From the NCBI GenBank assembly GCA_947453415.1, contig CANGGG010000007.1:866-64865 (forward strand): a DNA stretch of 64,000 nucleotides. Direction: 5' to 3'. The notes under the pieces were generated by a model. The model worked only from the letters and a program-made list of their open reading frames with translations, searched no databases and had not been told where the DNA came from. Position 1 is the first letter of the stretch, and each line of letters begins with the position of its first letter. Below, piece after piece: positions 56,139 through 64,000 of the stretch. Source of the stretch: Bacteroidota bacterium. GTDB taxonomy: Bacteria; Bacteroidota; Bacteroidia; UKL13-3. The translations under genes and the position numbers were made by a program.

Positions 56139-58769
56139 ATGAACTATCTTAAATTGTTATTTTTCATAGGTTTAGTTACAACTTTTACAAAATCTGAAGC
56201 TCAACTAGTTGATAAAATAGGCGGAGTTTGTTTTAGAATTGACGATACTCAATCGCCAAATAATTTAAAAGCACTTGATTCAATTTTCTCAAAACATGGA
56301 AAACGATTTACATATGCACCAAATACGCAGATAGCTAATTTTACTCAATCAGCTGATTTTTGGAGCACTTTAAAATTTTTGCAAGTTAGAGGTCATGAAA
56401 TTGGTGACCATACTCCAAATCATTATACTCAATTCTTTGATATATTAACTTCTGATTCTATTAAATTCATGAATAGAGCTGGAATTGATCATCTGAAGAT
56501 TGTTAATGCAATACCTGTTAATGGAACTAGGGTTTGTTTAAAATATAATTTGTTAAATCCAAATGGAAATGGCGATGAAACAAATGTGAGCATTAATAAT
56601 AACATTATTATTAGTCAAAATGATGGTGAATTTAGCAACCTGAAATTATTTGGATCTGGTAAAAACACCATTTATTTTTATTTACCTACTTTAGATAAAA
56701 TTGTTAGTTTTTATGGCATAAGTAATTTAAACAGTAATGATCCGGATACGCTTAATATTAAAAGTTTTTGGAATGAAGACATTGATTTAGGCGTTATCAG
56801 TAATGTTCCCTACAAAAAATTAGGGAATATGGATGTTGATATTGATAAAGAAGGTTTTAGAATAATGTTACAATTTTCACTTGATATATTCAAAAGCAAA
56901 GGCATTAATCCCCCTACAGTTTGGATACAGCCAGGTGGTGAAACACCCTATTTATCTAAAAAATATATTGCAGATATTTGTGGAAGTGAGTTTGGTTATT
57001 TGTCAGCTGCAACATATCCTGGCACTATCAAAGGATACAATGAAACAGATAACGAAAAAAACAATTCATATGGTATGCAATGGCAAGATTTTCAAGAAGA
57101 AAATCAAACTGTTGATCAAATAAAAAGTATCATTGTAGACAGATTTGCACGCCATACTTTGTCGTTTGGTAGTAACCATTTAGGAATTTTGGGTTCAAAT
57201 TTCCCATTAAATACCATTATCAAAAACATGGATGAAATTTTAGGATGGTGTGTTGAAAATAATATTCCTGTTTACACTTATTCTGAATGGAGTAATTTGA
57301 TTTATAAATCACAAACAAATCCTGAGAAAAATATATTACCGCCTTTACAAAATGATTTTAACAAAGACGGTTTAGTTGATGGATATAGCGTCATGAATGG
57401 TTTAGACACCATTTCAGGAATTAGCCAAAGTAATTACCGCGCAATAACTGCTTTTTCAGATCAAACCATGTTTCAAATTACAAATTTAAGTGGTGTAGAA
57501 AGTGGTCCAAATGTTTTAAGTTTTTATTCAAAAGGTGCAACTGGAAATAAAATCAGTTTTTTTGTTGAGTTTCCTGAATTAAATAAATTTGAGTCTTTTG
57601 AATTGCCAGCTACAAATAATTCTTATTCTTATCAAACTTATACCTTCAATGTTCCAAAAGGAGTCAATGTTATTTCAATAACTTGTGGTTCCAAAATAGC
57701 AATTGGTAGTATTTCTATTACAGGAATGGGTTTAAAAGGAAGCAATAAGCCTTATGTAAAATTGCCAATCTTAAAAAGAATGGCAAATGAAAATTTTCCG
57801 AAAATAAATTTAAAAAGCTATACAGTTGATAGGTTTAATACTGTAAATAATATTCAATGGTCAGTAATTAATAATAGCATTTTCGTTACTGATATTAATG
57901 CTAACTCAGATTTATCAGTTAGTATTGGCGAAGGAATAAATGCATTTTGGATAGGTTCTGATTCTATTCAAATTATAGCTAAAAGTGTAAATAACTCAGA
58001 TACAGTTTGGTTATTCATACAATCATTGGAATCAAGAATTTGTGCTGATCAACGCTTAGCAATTAATTATACTTTTAATGCAAATGATTCTTTATTGATA
58101 TGGTCGTCAATACCAGCAAATACTGATGTTTCTAGTAATTTAGGAACTGAGTTAATAGTTTACCCTTCTGATTTTACCAATTATAATTTAAAAGTTATAA
58201 AGCGTGGTGGAGCCGAATTCAATAATTCAATATATATAAATGTTGTTCCAACCATATTTGCTGGAAATAAATTGATATCTCGTGGATTTTTATCAAATAG
58301 TAACATTACTATTCCAATAGATATTCCTTTTTATAGCACAGGTTTAATAACAAAAACACCAAAAAGGCCCTATCTTTTTATTAATGAAAATGAAATAAAT
58401 TTTACCAAAGGATTTATAGTTGGAAGTGATACCATGATTTATAAAGTAACAACAAAATCATGTGAAGCAAGAACTTTAACTATTTTAACAAATGACCTAA
58501 TTACGAACTTGAAAGAAATTTCAAATAATGGAGTAACGGTATTTCCAAATCCTTTTGTTAATGAATTAAACATTGATTTTGGACAAAAAAACAACTCATT
58601 GGATTTAATAATTATTGACCTATTGGGAAATGTATTTTTAAAGAAATCAATTGTAAATGAAAAACAAATACATTTTGAAACAGATTTTTTATCAAAAGGG
58701 ATTTACATAGTTAAAATTGAAAATAATGAATTAGGTAAATCTTATTTTCAAAAAATCATCAAACAATAA
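56139..58769 (+). CDS. secreted CE4/NodB-like polysaccharide deacetylase-domain protein with T9SS type A C-terminal sorting domain
   Basis: 876 aa from ATG 56139 (signal peptide MNYLKLLFFIGLVTTFTKSEAQ). NodB-like motif 1 CFRIDDT and motif 2 GDHTPNH. CTD VTVFPNPFVNELNIDF...KGIYIVKIE. Confidence 0.7.
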   Translation: MNYLKLLFFIGLVTTFTKSEAQLVDKIGGVCFRIDDTQSPNNLKALDSIFSKHGKRFTYAPNTQIANFTQSADFWSTLKFLQVRGHEIGDHTPNHYTQFFDILTSDSIKFMNRAGIDHLKIVNAIPVNGTRVCLKYNLLNPNGNGDETNVSINNNIIISQNDGEFSNLKLFGSGKNTIYFYLPTLDKIVSFYGISNLNSNDPDTLNIKSFWNEDIDLGVISNVPYKKLGNMDVDIDKEGFRIMLQFSLDIFKSKGINPPTVWIQPGGETPYLSKKYIADICGSEFGYLSAATYPGTIKGYNETDNEKNNSYGMQWQDFQEENQTVDQIKSIIVDRFARHTLSFGSNHLGILGSNFPLNTIIKNMDEILGWCVENNIPVYTYSEWSNLIYKSQTNPEKNILPPLQNDFNKDGLVDGYSVMNGLDTISGISQSNYRAITAFSDQTMFQITNLSGVESGPNVLSFYSKGATGNKISFFVEFPELNKFESFELPATNNSYSYQTYTFNVPKGVNVISITCGSKIAIGSISITGMGLKGSNKPYVKLPILKRMANENFPKINLKSYTVDRFNTVNNIQWSVINNSIFVTDINANSDLSVSIGEGINAFWIGSDSIQIIAKSVNNSDTVWLFIQSLESRICADQRLAINYTFNANDSLLIWSSIPANTDVSSNLGTELIVYPSDFTNYNLKVIKRGGAEFNNSIYINVVPTIFAGNKLISRGFLSNSNITIPIDIPFYSTGLITKTPKRPYLFINENEINFTKGFIVGSDTMIYKVTTKSCEARTLTILTNDLITNLKEISNNGVTVFPNPFVNELNIDFGQKNNSLDLIIIDLLGNVFLKKSIVNEKQIHFETDFLSKGIYIVKIENNELGKSYFQKIIKQ

Positions 58770-58807
58770 TACTATCAAAACATTTCAGTTGTTAATTAAG
58801 AAATAAA

Positions 58808-61800
58808 ATGAAAACAAATAAATACATAAAACTAATATATCAATTTGCTGTAATAAGCATTTTCTGTTTATTTAATTATGCTACAAAAGCACAGACTATT
58901 AGCACAAGCGCAATACCTATAACTGAATATTGTGGTGGAGGTGATATAATTGTTAATTACACAAAAACTGGAACGTTTGGTGTTTCTAATATTTTTACTG
59001 CCCAATTAAGCGATGCAAGTGGGAGTTTTCTTAGTCCTATAAATATTGGTCAATTGACTTCAACAACAAGTGGTACTATATTAGCAACTATACCCACAAG
59101 TGCCATGTTAGGACTAGGATACAGAATTAGAGTTGTAGGTAGTAACCCATCAATTATAGGCACAAACAATGGTGCAAATTTAAAAATAAATCAAATGCCT
59201 ACTGCAAATGCAGGTGTTGATCAATTAATTTGTGCTAATGATAATGTAAATTTAGCAGGAATATTAGGGCCAGCAGCTCCTTTTGGAACTTGGACAACTT
59301 CTGGAACAGGTACTTTTAATAATCCTAATAATTTAATTTGCACATATATTCCAAGTGCTGCAGACATTGCCACCCGTTCTGTTACTTTGACTTTAACTTC
59401 AAATGATCCAGTTGGTTCTTGTCTTGCAGTTTCTGATCAATTGCTAGTTACAATTAATAAAGCACCTATAGCTAATGCAGGTGTTGATCAAAGCACCTGT
59501 ATTTTAACTAATTCAATCAATCTTTCAGGTGCATTTGGAGGATCTGCAAGCAGTTCAAATTGGAGTACTACAGGAACTGGAAGTTTTAATAACTCAAGTA
59601 TATTAAATGCTATATATACACCTAGTGCTTTAGATAAAAGTGCTGGTTTTGTAAAATTAGTTATATCAACTAATGGTCCAATTGGACCATGTCCTGCGGC
59701 TAGAGATACAATGCTACTAACATTCAATCCAGTTGTTATGTTAAATGCTGGATTAGATCAAACAATTTGTAGTAATAGTAGTATAGTTTTAAATGCAACT
59801 ACAGCTGCAACAAGTGGTACATTAAATTGGACAACTTCAGGTACAGGAGTATTTACAAATGGAAACACATTAACACCAATCTATTTTCCCAGTATAACCG
59901 ATAAAATTTCAGGCTCAGTTAAATTAACAATCACAAATTTTGACCTAATTAATTTATGTCAAAATGCTAAAGATTCAATGATATTAACTATTAACCAAAT
60001 AGCAGTTGCTAACGCAGGTGTTGATCAAACAGTTTGTGCAAGTAGTAATAATGTTTCATTAATAGGAAGCGTAAGTGGTTCAGTAAGTTCAGGTACTTGG
60101 AGTACATTAGGTACTGGAACATTTACAAATGCATCATCTCTCATTACTAATTACATTCTTTCAGCAACCGATAAAGCGGCTGGAACTGTGCGTTTGATTT
60201 TAACATCAAGCGATCCAGTAGGACCATGTAATTCAGTGAGTGATACAATGATTATTACAATCAATCCAATTGCTACGGCAGATGCCGGTCCAGATCAAGT
60301 TATTTGTGGCAATAGCTCAGCAATTGTATTAGGAACAGCTGGTGGATCAGCCACATCTGGAAGTTGGACATCAATAACAAATAGTCCATTTATTTCTTTC
60401 ACATCATTAACAGAATATTTTCCAATACCTGCAGAAATAGCAAATGGATTTGTAGTATTAACTTTTACAAGCAATGATCCAATTGGTCCTTGTGCCGCAG
60501 CAAAAGATTCTTTGGTTGTTGCTTTATTAGCACCTGCATTTTCAAATGCTGGCGTTGATCAAACAGTGTGTGCAAGTGATAATAATGTATCTTTAATAGG
60601 AAATGTAAGTGGAACTGTATCTACAGGTTCATGGAGAACGCTAGGTACGGGTACATTTTCTAATGCAACTTCTCTTATAACAAATTATACACTATCACCT
60701 AATGATAAAGCAGCAGGTTTAGTAAAATTAATTTTAACATCGAGCGATCCTGTGGGACCCTGTAGTTCAGTAAGTGATACAATTATAATAACAATCAATC
60801 CATTGGCAACAGTTGATGCAGGTCCTGATCAAATTATTTGTGGCAATAGTTCAGTAAATATTATAGGAACAGTAGGTGGTTCAGCAACATCTGGAAGTTG
60901 GACATCATCAACTAATAGTCCATTTATTTCTTTCACTGCAATAACAGATTATTTTCCAACACCAACTGAAGTATTAAATGGTTCAGTGGTATTGACTTAC
61001 ACTACTAACGACCCCATTGGACCTTGCGAAGCGGTAAAAGATTCATTAGTAGTTACATTAGCATCACCCCCATTTTCAGATGCTGGGTTTGATCAAACAG
61101 TGTGTAGCAATGTTGCAAAAGTGAACTTAGTTGGTAACTTTGGTAATGGTGCAACATTTGCTAATTGGAGTACATTAGGAACTGGTACTTTCCAAAATAT
61201 TATTGGAAATACTGCTTTTTATATTCCTAGTACTTTGGATAAATTAAATGGATTTGTACAAATTTTATATACTACTGATCGTCCGGCTGGCCCTTGTAAT
61301 GAAGCAATAGATACTATGATTATTACTTTTAAACCAATTGCAACAATAAGTGCGGGTTTAAATCAAACTATTTGTAGAAATAATAATATTACTTTAAATG
61401 CTTCAACAACAGCTACGAGTGGAACAATTAATTGGAGCACTTCAGGCACAGGTACATTTATAAATGGAAATACATTATCTCCAACTTATATTCCTAGTTT
61501 GGCTGATAATATTTCAGGATCAGTTACCTTAACCATTAGCAACTTTGACCCCGGTAACATTTGCCAAACTGTAAATGATGCAATAGTATTAACGATTAAT
61601 CAGTTAGCAATTGCTGATGCGGGAATAGATCAAACAGTTTGTTCAAGCAATGATACTGTTTCTTTAATTGGAAATATCAGCGGAGCCGTAACAAAAGGTT
61701 CATGGAGAACACTTGGATCAGGATTATTTACAAATTCATCATCGCTAGTTACTAATTATATATTATCTTCAAATGATAAATCTGTTGGATTTGTAAAATT

Positions 61801-64000
61801 AATTTTAACATCAAAGGACCCTATTGGCCCTTGTAATTCAGCTAACGATACAATGATAGTTACAATTAATTCAAAGGCAACAGCAGATGCTGGACCAGAT
61901 CAAGTTATTTGTAGCAATAGTTCTGTGAATATTATAGGAACAATAGGTGGTTCAGCAACTTCAGGAACTTGGACATCATCAACTAATAGTCCATTTATTT
62001 CTTTCACTGCAATAACAGATTATTTTCCAACACCAACTGAAGTATTAAATGGATTTGTGGTGTTAACTTATACAACTAATGATCCTATTGGATCTTGCGA
62101 TGCAGCAAAAGATTCATTAATAGTTGCATTAATAGCTCCTGCATTTTCAGATGCTGGTGTTGATCAATCTGTTTGTAGCAATATAGCTAAAGTAAGCTTA
62201 ATAGGTGACTATGGTAATGGAGCAAATACTGCTACTTGGAGCACATTAGGAACTGGTACTTTCAAAAATATAATTGGAAAAACTGCAGATTATTTACCAA
62301 GTACAATAGACAAATTTATTGGTTTTGTTAAAATTTTATACACTACCGATGATCCTGCAGGGCCTTGTAACCAAGCAGTAGATACCATGACCATTACATT
62401 TAAACCAACTGCTACCATATATGCAGGTATTGATCAAACCATTTGTAGAAATAATAATATTTTTATAAATGCATCTACAACAGCAACGAGTGGAACCATT
62501 ACATGGACCACGAATGGAACAGGAACATTTTCAAATATAAATGCTTTAAAACCTACTTATACTCCAAGTTTAGCCGACAATATTTTAGGTTCAGTTAAAT
62601 TAACCATTACTAACTTTGACCCTAGCAATACATGTCAAAATGTTGTTGATGCAATGATTTTAACAATCAATCAATTAGCGGTTGCTAACGCGGGAATAGA
62701 TCAAACAGTATGTGCAAGTAATGATAGCGTTTCATTAGCGGGAAGTGTTAGTGGATCAGTATCTACAGGTTCATGGAGAACTTTAGGCACAGGGACTTTT
62801 ACTAGTGCAACATCACTTGTAACAAATTATAAATTTTCTGCAACAGATAAAGCAGCAGGTTCAGTGGATTTGATTTTAACTTCAAGTAATCCAGTAGGCC
62901 CATGTAATTCAGTTAGTGATACATTGACAATAACAATTAATCCATTAGCAACTGTAGACGCAGGTCCAGATCAATTTATTTGTGGAAGTGGTCCTGCAAC
63001 TATAATAGGAATAGTTGGTGGATCTGCTAGCTCTGGAAGTTGGACGTCATCAACAAACAGTACATATATATCTTTAACCGCAATTACAAATTATTTTCCA
63101 ACACCAACAGAAATAGCAAATGGATCTTTAGTATTAACTTATACTAGTAATGATCCTCTTGGGCCTTGTAGCGCAACTGCAGATTCTTTGGTAGTTACTA
63201 TAAATCCAGCGGCTATAGTAAACGCAGGAGCAGATCAAATCATTTGTGCCAGTAGCGACACTATTTCATTAGTTGGAACCATCAGTGGTTCGCCTACAAA
63301 TGTATCTTGGAACACATTAGGAACAGGAACATTTACAAGCGATACGGCACTCATTACAAAATATATATTGTCAGCAACAGATAAATTGGCTGGAGTTGTT
63401 AGCTTAATTTTTAAAGATGGACAATGTTTTGCTGTTAGAGACACAGTAGTTATAACAATCAATCAATTACCAACAATCAATGCAGGACTTGACCAAGTAA
63501 TTTGTGGAAATAATGTAGTAAAATTAGTTGGATTAATTGGAGGTTCTACTACTACTGGCACATGGACTTCATCAACGAATTCTTTATTTTCAACCACTGA
63601 TTCAATAGTTGATTATTTTCCTACAGATTCTCAAATTGCTAATGGCTCGTTTTTTATAACTTATACCAGTAACGATCCTTCTGGATTATGTGGTATTGCA
63701 AGTGATTCAATGGAAGTAACTGTTAATGTTCCTCCAGTTGTAAATGCTGGTAAGGATATTTATACTTGTTCATATGCTTCATCAGTTGATATTATTGGAA
63801 CAAAATCGGGCTTTCCAACAAATTCTCTTTGGGTTACTTTAAATGGTTCAGGTTCATTTATTGATTCATCTTCTTTATCTACAAAATATATTCCAAGTGC
63901 TGCCGATTTAGCTGCTAAATCAATCATTATTTCATTGACAACAAATGACCCAATTGGTCCGTGTTATGCAGCTTATGACGATGTAAATGTTTATTTTAAA
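58808..64000 (+). CDS. giant secreted repeat protein (3' end beyond the window), 18 tandem modules of about 89 aa
   Basis: ATG 58808. The frame is open for exactly 1,731 codons to base 64000 and is absent from the ORF track, presumably because no stop is reached. Signal peptide MKTNKYIKLIYQFAVISIFCLFNYATKAQ. Module consensus AxAGxDQxxC...W[ST][ST]xG[TS]GxF...YxP[ST]..D...GxVxL...DPxGPC...D[ST][ML]. The motif recurs in the same frame to the end of the window. Confidence 0.85.
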   Translation, partial: MKTNKYIKLIYQFAVISIFCLFNYATKAQTISTSAIPITEYCGGGDIIVNYTKTGTFGVSNIFTAQLSDASGSFLSPINIGQLTSTTSGTILATIPTSAMLGLGYRIRVVGSNPSIIGTNNGANLKINQMPTANAGVDQLICANDNVNLAGILGPAAPFGTWTTSGTGTFNNPNNLICTYIPSAADIATRSVTLTLTSNDPVGSCLAVSDQLLVTINKAPIANAGVDQSTCILTNSINLSGAFGGSASSSNWSTTGTGSFNNSSILNAIYTPSALDKSAGFVKLVISTNGPIGPCPAARDTMLLTFNPVVMLNAGLDQTICSNSSIVLNATTAATSGTLNWTTSGTGVFTNGNTLTPIYFPSITDKISGSVKLTITNFDLINLCQNAKDSMILTINQIAVANAGVDQTVCASSNNVSLIGSVSGSVSSGTWSTLGTGTFTNASSLITNYILSATDKAAGTVRLILTSSDPVGPCNSVSDTMIITINPIATADAGPDQVICGNSSAIVLGTAGGSATSGSWTSITNSPFISFTSLTEYFPIPAEIANGFVVLTFTSNDPIGPCAAAKDSLVVALLAPAFSNAGVDQTVCASDNNVSLIGNVSGTVSTGSWRTLGTGTFSNATSLITNYTLSPNDKAAGLVKLILTSSDPVGPCSSVSDTIIITINPLATVDAGPDQIICGNSSVNIIGTVGGSATSGSWTSSTNSPFISFTAITDYFPTPTEVLNGSVVLTYTTNDPIGPCEAVKDSLVVTLASPPFSDAGFDQTVCSNVAKVNLVGNFGNGATFANWSTLGTGTFQNIIGNTAFYIPSTLDKLNGFVQILYTTDRPAGPCNEAIDTMIITFKPIATISAGLNQTICRNNNITLNASTTATSGTINWSTSGTGTFINGNTLSPTYIPSLADNISGSVTLTISNFDPGNICQTVNDAIVLTINQLAIADAGIDQTVCSSNDTVSLIGNISGAVTKGSWRTLGSGLFTNSSSLVTNYILSSNDKSVGFVKLILTSKDPIGPCNSANDTMIVTINSKATADAGPDQVICSNSSVNIIGTIGGSATSGTWTSSTNSPFISFTAITDYFPTPTEVLNGFVVLTYTTNDPIGSCDAAKDSLIVALIAPAFSDAGVDQSVCSNIAKVSLIGDYGNGANTATWSTLGTGTFKNIIGKTADYLPSTIDKFIGFVKILYTTDDPAGPCNQAVDTMTITFKPTATIYAGIDQTICRNNNIFINASTTATSGTITWTTNGTGTFSNINALKPTYTPSLADNILGSVKLTITNFDPSNTCQNVVDAMILTINQLAVANAGIDQTVCASNDSVSLAGSVSGSVSTGSWRTLGTGTFTSATSLVTNYKFSATDKAAGSVDLILTSSNPVGPCNSVSDTLTITINPLATVDAGPDQFICGSGPATIIGIVGGSASSGSWTSSTNSTYISLTAITNYFPTPTEIANGSLVLTYTSNDPLGPCSATADSLVVTINPAAIVNAGADQIICASSDTISLVGTISGSPTNVSWNTLGTGTFTSDTALITKYILSATDKLAGVVSLIFKDGQCFAVRDTVVITINQLPTINAGLDQVICGNNVVKLVGLIGGSTTTGTWTSSTNSLFSTTDSIVDYFPTDSQIANGSFFITYTSNDPSGLCGIASDSMEVTVNVPPVVNAGKDIYTCSYASSVDIIGTKSGFPTNSLWVTLNGSGSFIDSSSLSTKYIPSAADLAAKSIIISLTTNDPIGPCYAAYDDVNVYFK
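60542..62683 (+). repeat. two exact-length 1,071-bp (357-aa, four-module A-B-C-D) super-repeat copies inside the giant gene
   Basis: Module starts at 60542/61613/62684, 60812/61883/62954, 61076/62147 and 61346/62417 are each 1,071 nt apart. An 84-bp stretch is identical at 60898-60981 and 61969-62052. Confidence 0.9.

Noticed and set aside
59488-63462. Minus-strand ORFs 59488..59727 and 63235..63462, the only ORF-track entries after 58769.
   Set aside because: They are antisense to the 1,731-codon open frame, whose repeated motif is conserved throughout. They reflect the biased codon composition of that gene.
1-64000. Prophage, ICE, transposon or IS element anywhere in the window.
   Set aside because: I recognised no integrase, transposase, terminase, capsid, relaxase or conjugation genes. 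The only insertion-like features are the two 0.6-kb TA cassettes. The tRNA-Leu has no adjacent island.

Overview
This is an AT-rich chromosomal segment from a Bacteroidota genome. The phylum call rests on T9SS C-terminal sorting domains on several large secreted proteins, TAnnTTTG -7 promoter boxes, and no Shine-Dalgarno sequences. I call about 52 protein genes and one tRNA-Leu(TAG). I found no rRNA, CRISPR array, transposase, integrase or phage genes. Most genes are ordinary single-copy housekeeping genes: recR, thyA, clpX, ald, tig, dut, purS, pssA, rpsT, radC, rluD, prmA, secA, deoC, gatA, tatA, dgt, glyQS, recJ, fabG and purL. There are also cell-envelope enzymes (two SLT/LysM transglycosylases, a SPOR protein, two M28 peptidases, an S41 peptidase, an LpxL-like acyltransferase) and an ECF sigma / anti-sigma-like / Spy-like trio. 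I see no convincing new multi-gene defence or enzymatic system. Four things deserve a second look. (1) An ORF missing from the supplied track starts at 58808 and is still open at the last base (1,731 codons). It encodes a signal peptide followed by 18 tandem modules of about 89 aa with two conserved cysteines, arranged in an exact 1,071-bp four-module super-repeat. A T9SS-tagged CE4-like deacetylase gene lies 38 bp upstream. (2) Two minimal ParE/RelE-type toxin-antitoxin cassettes (578 and 657 bp) are each bracketed by unusually long direct duplications of the local target sequence. One duplication is 118 bp and includes the last 30 codons of prmA; the other is about 40 bp. (3) A dispersed vocabulary of intergenic palindromic word elements sits mostly at gene 3' ends, including a 26-bp-stem hairpin within a four-hairpin cluster. 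(4) The anti-sigma-like protein has an internally duplicated motif. Several ORF-track starts were trimmed to downstream ATG/TTG codons where signal peptides, terminators or family N-termini argue for it. All calls rest on reading the sequence and remembered family signatures; no database search was run.
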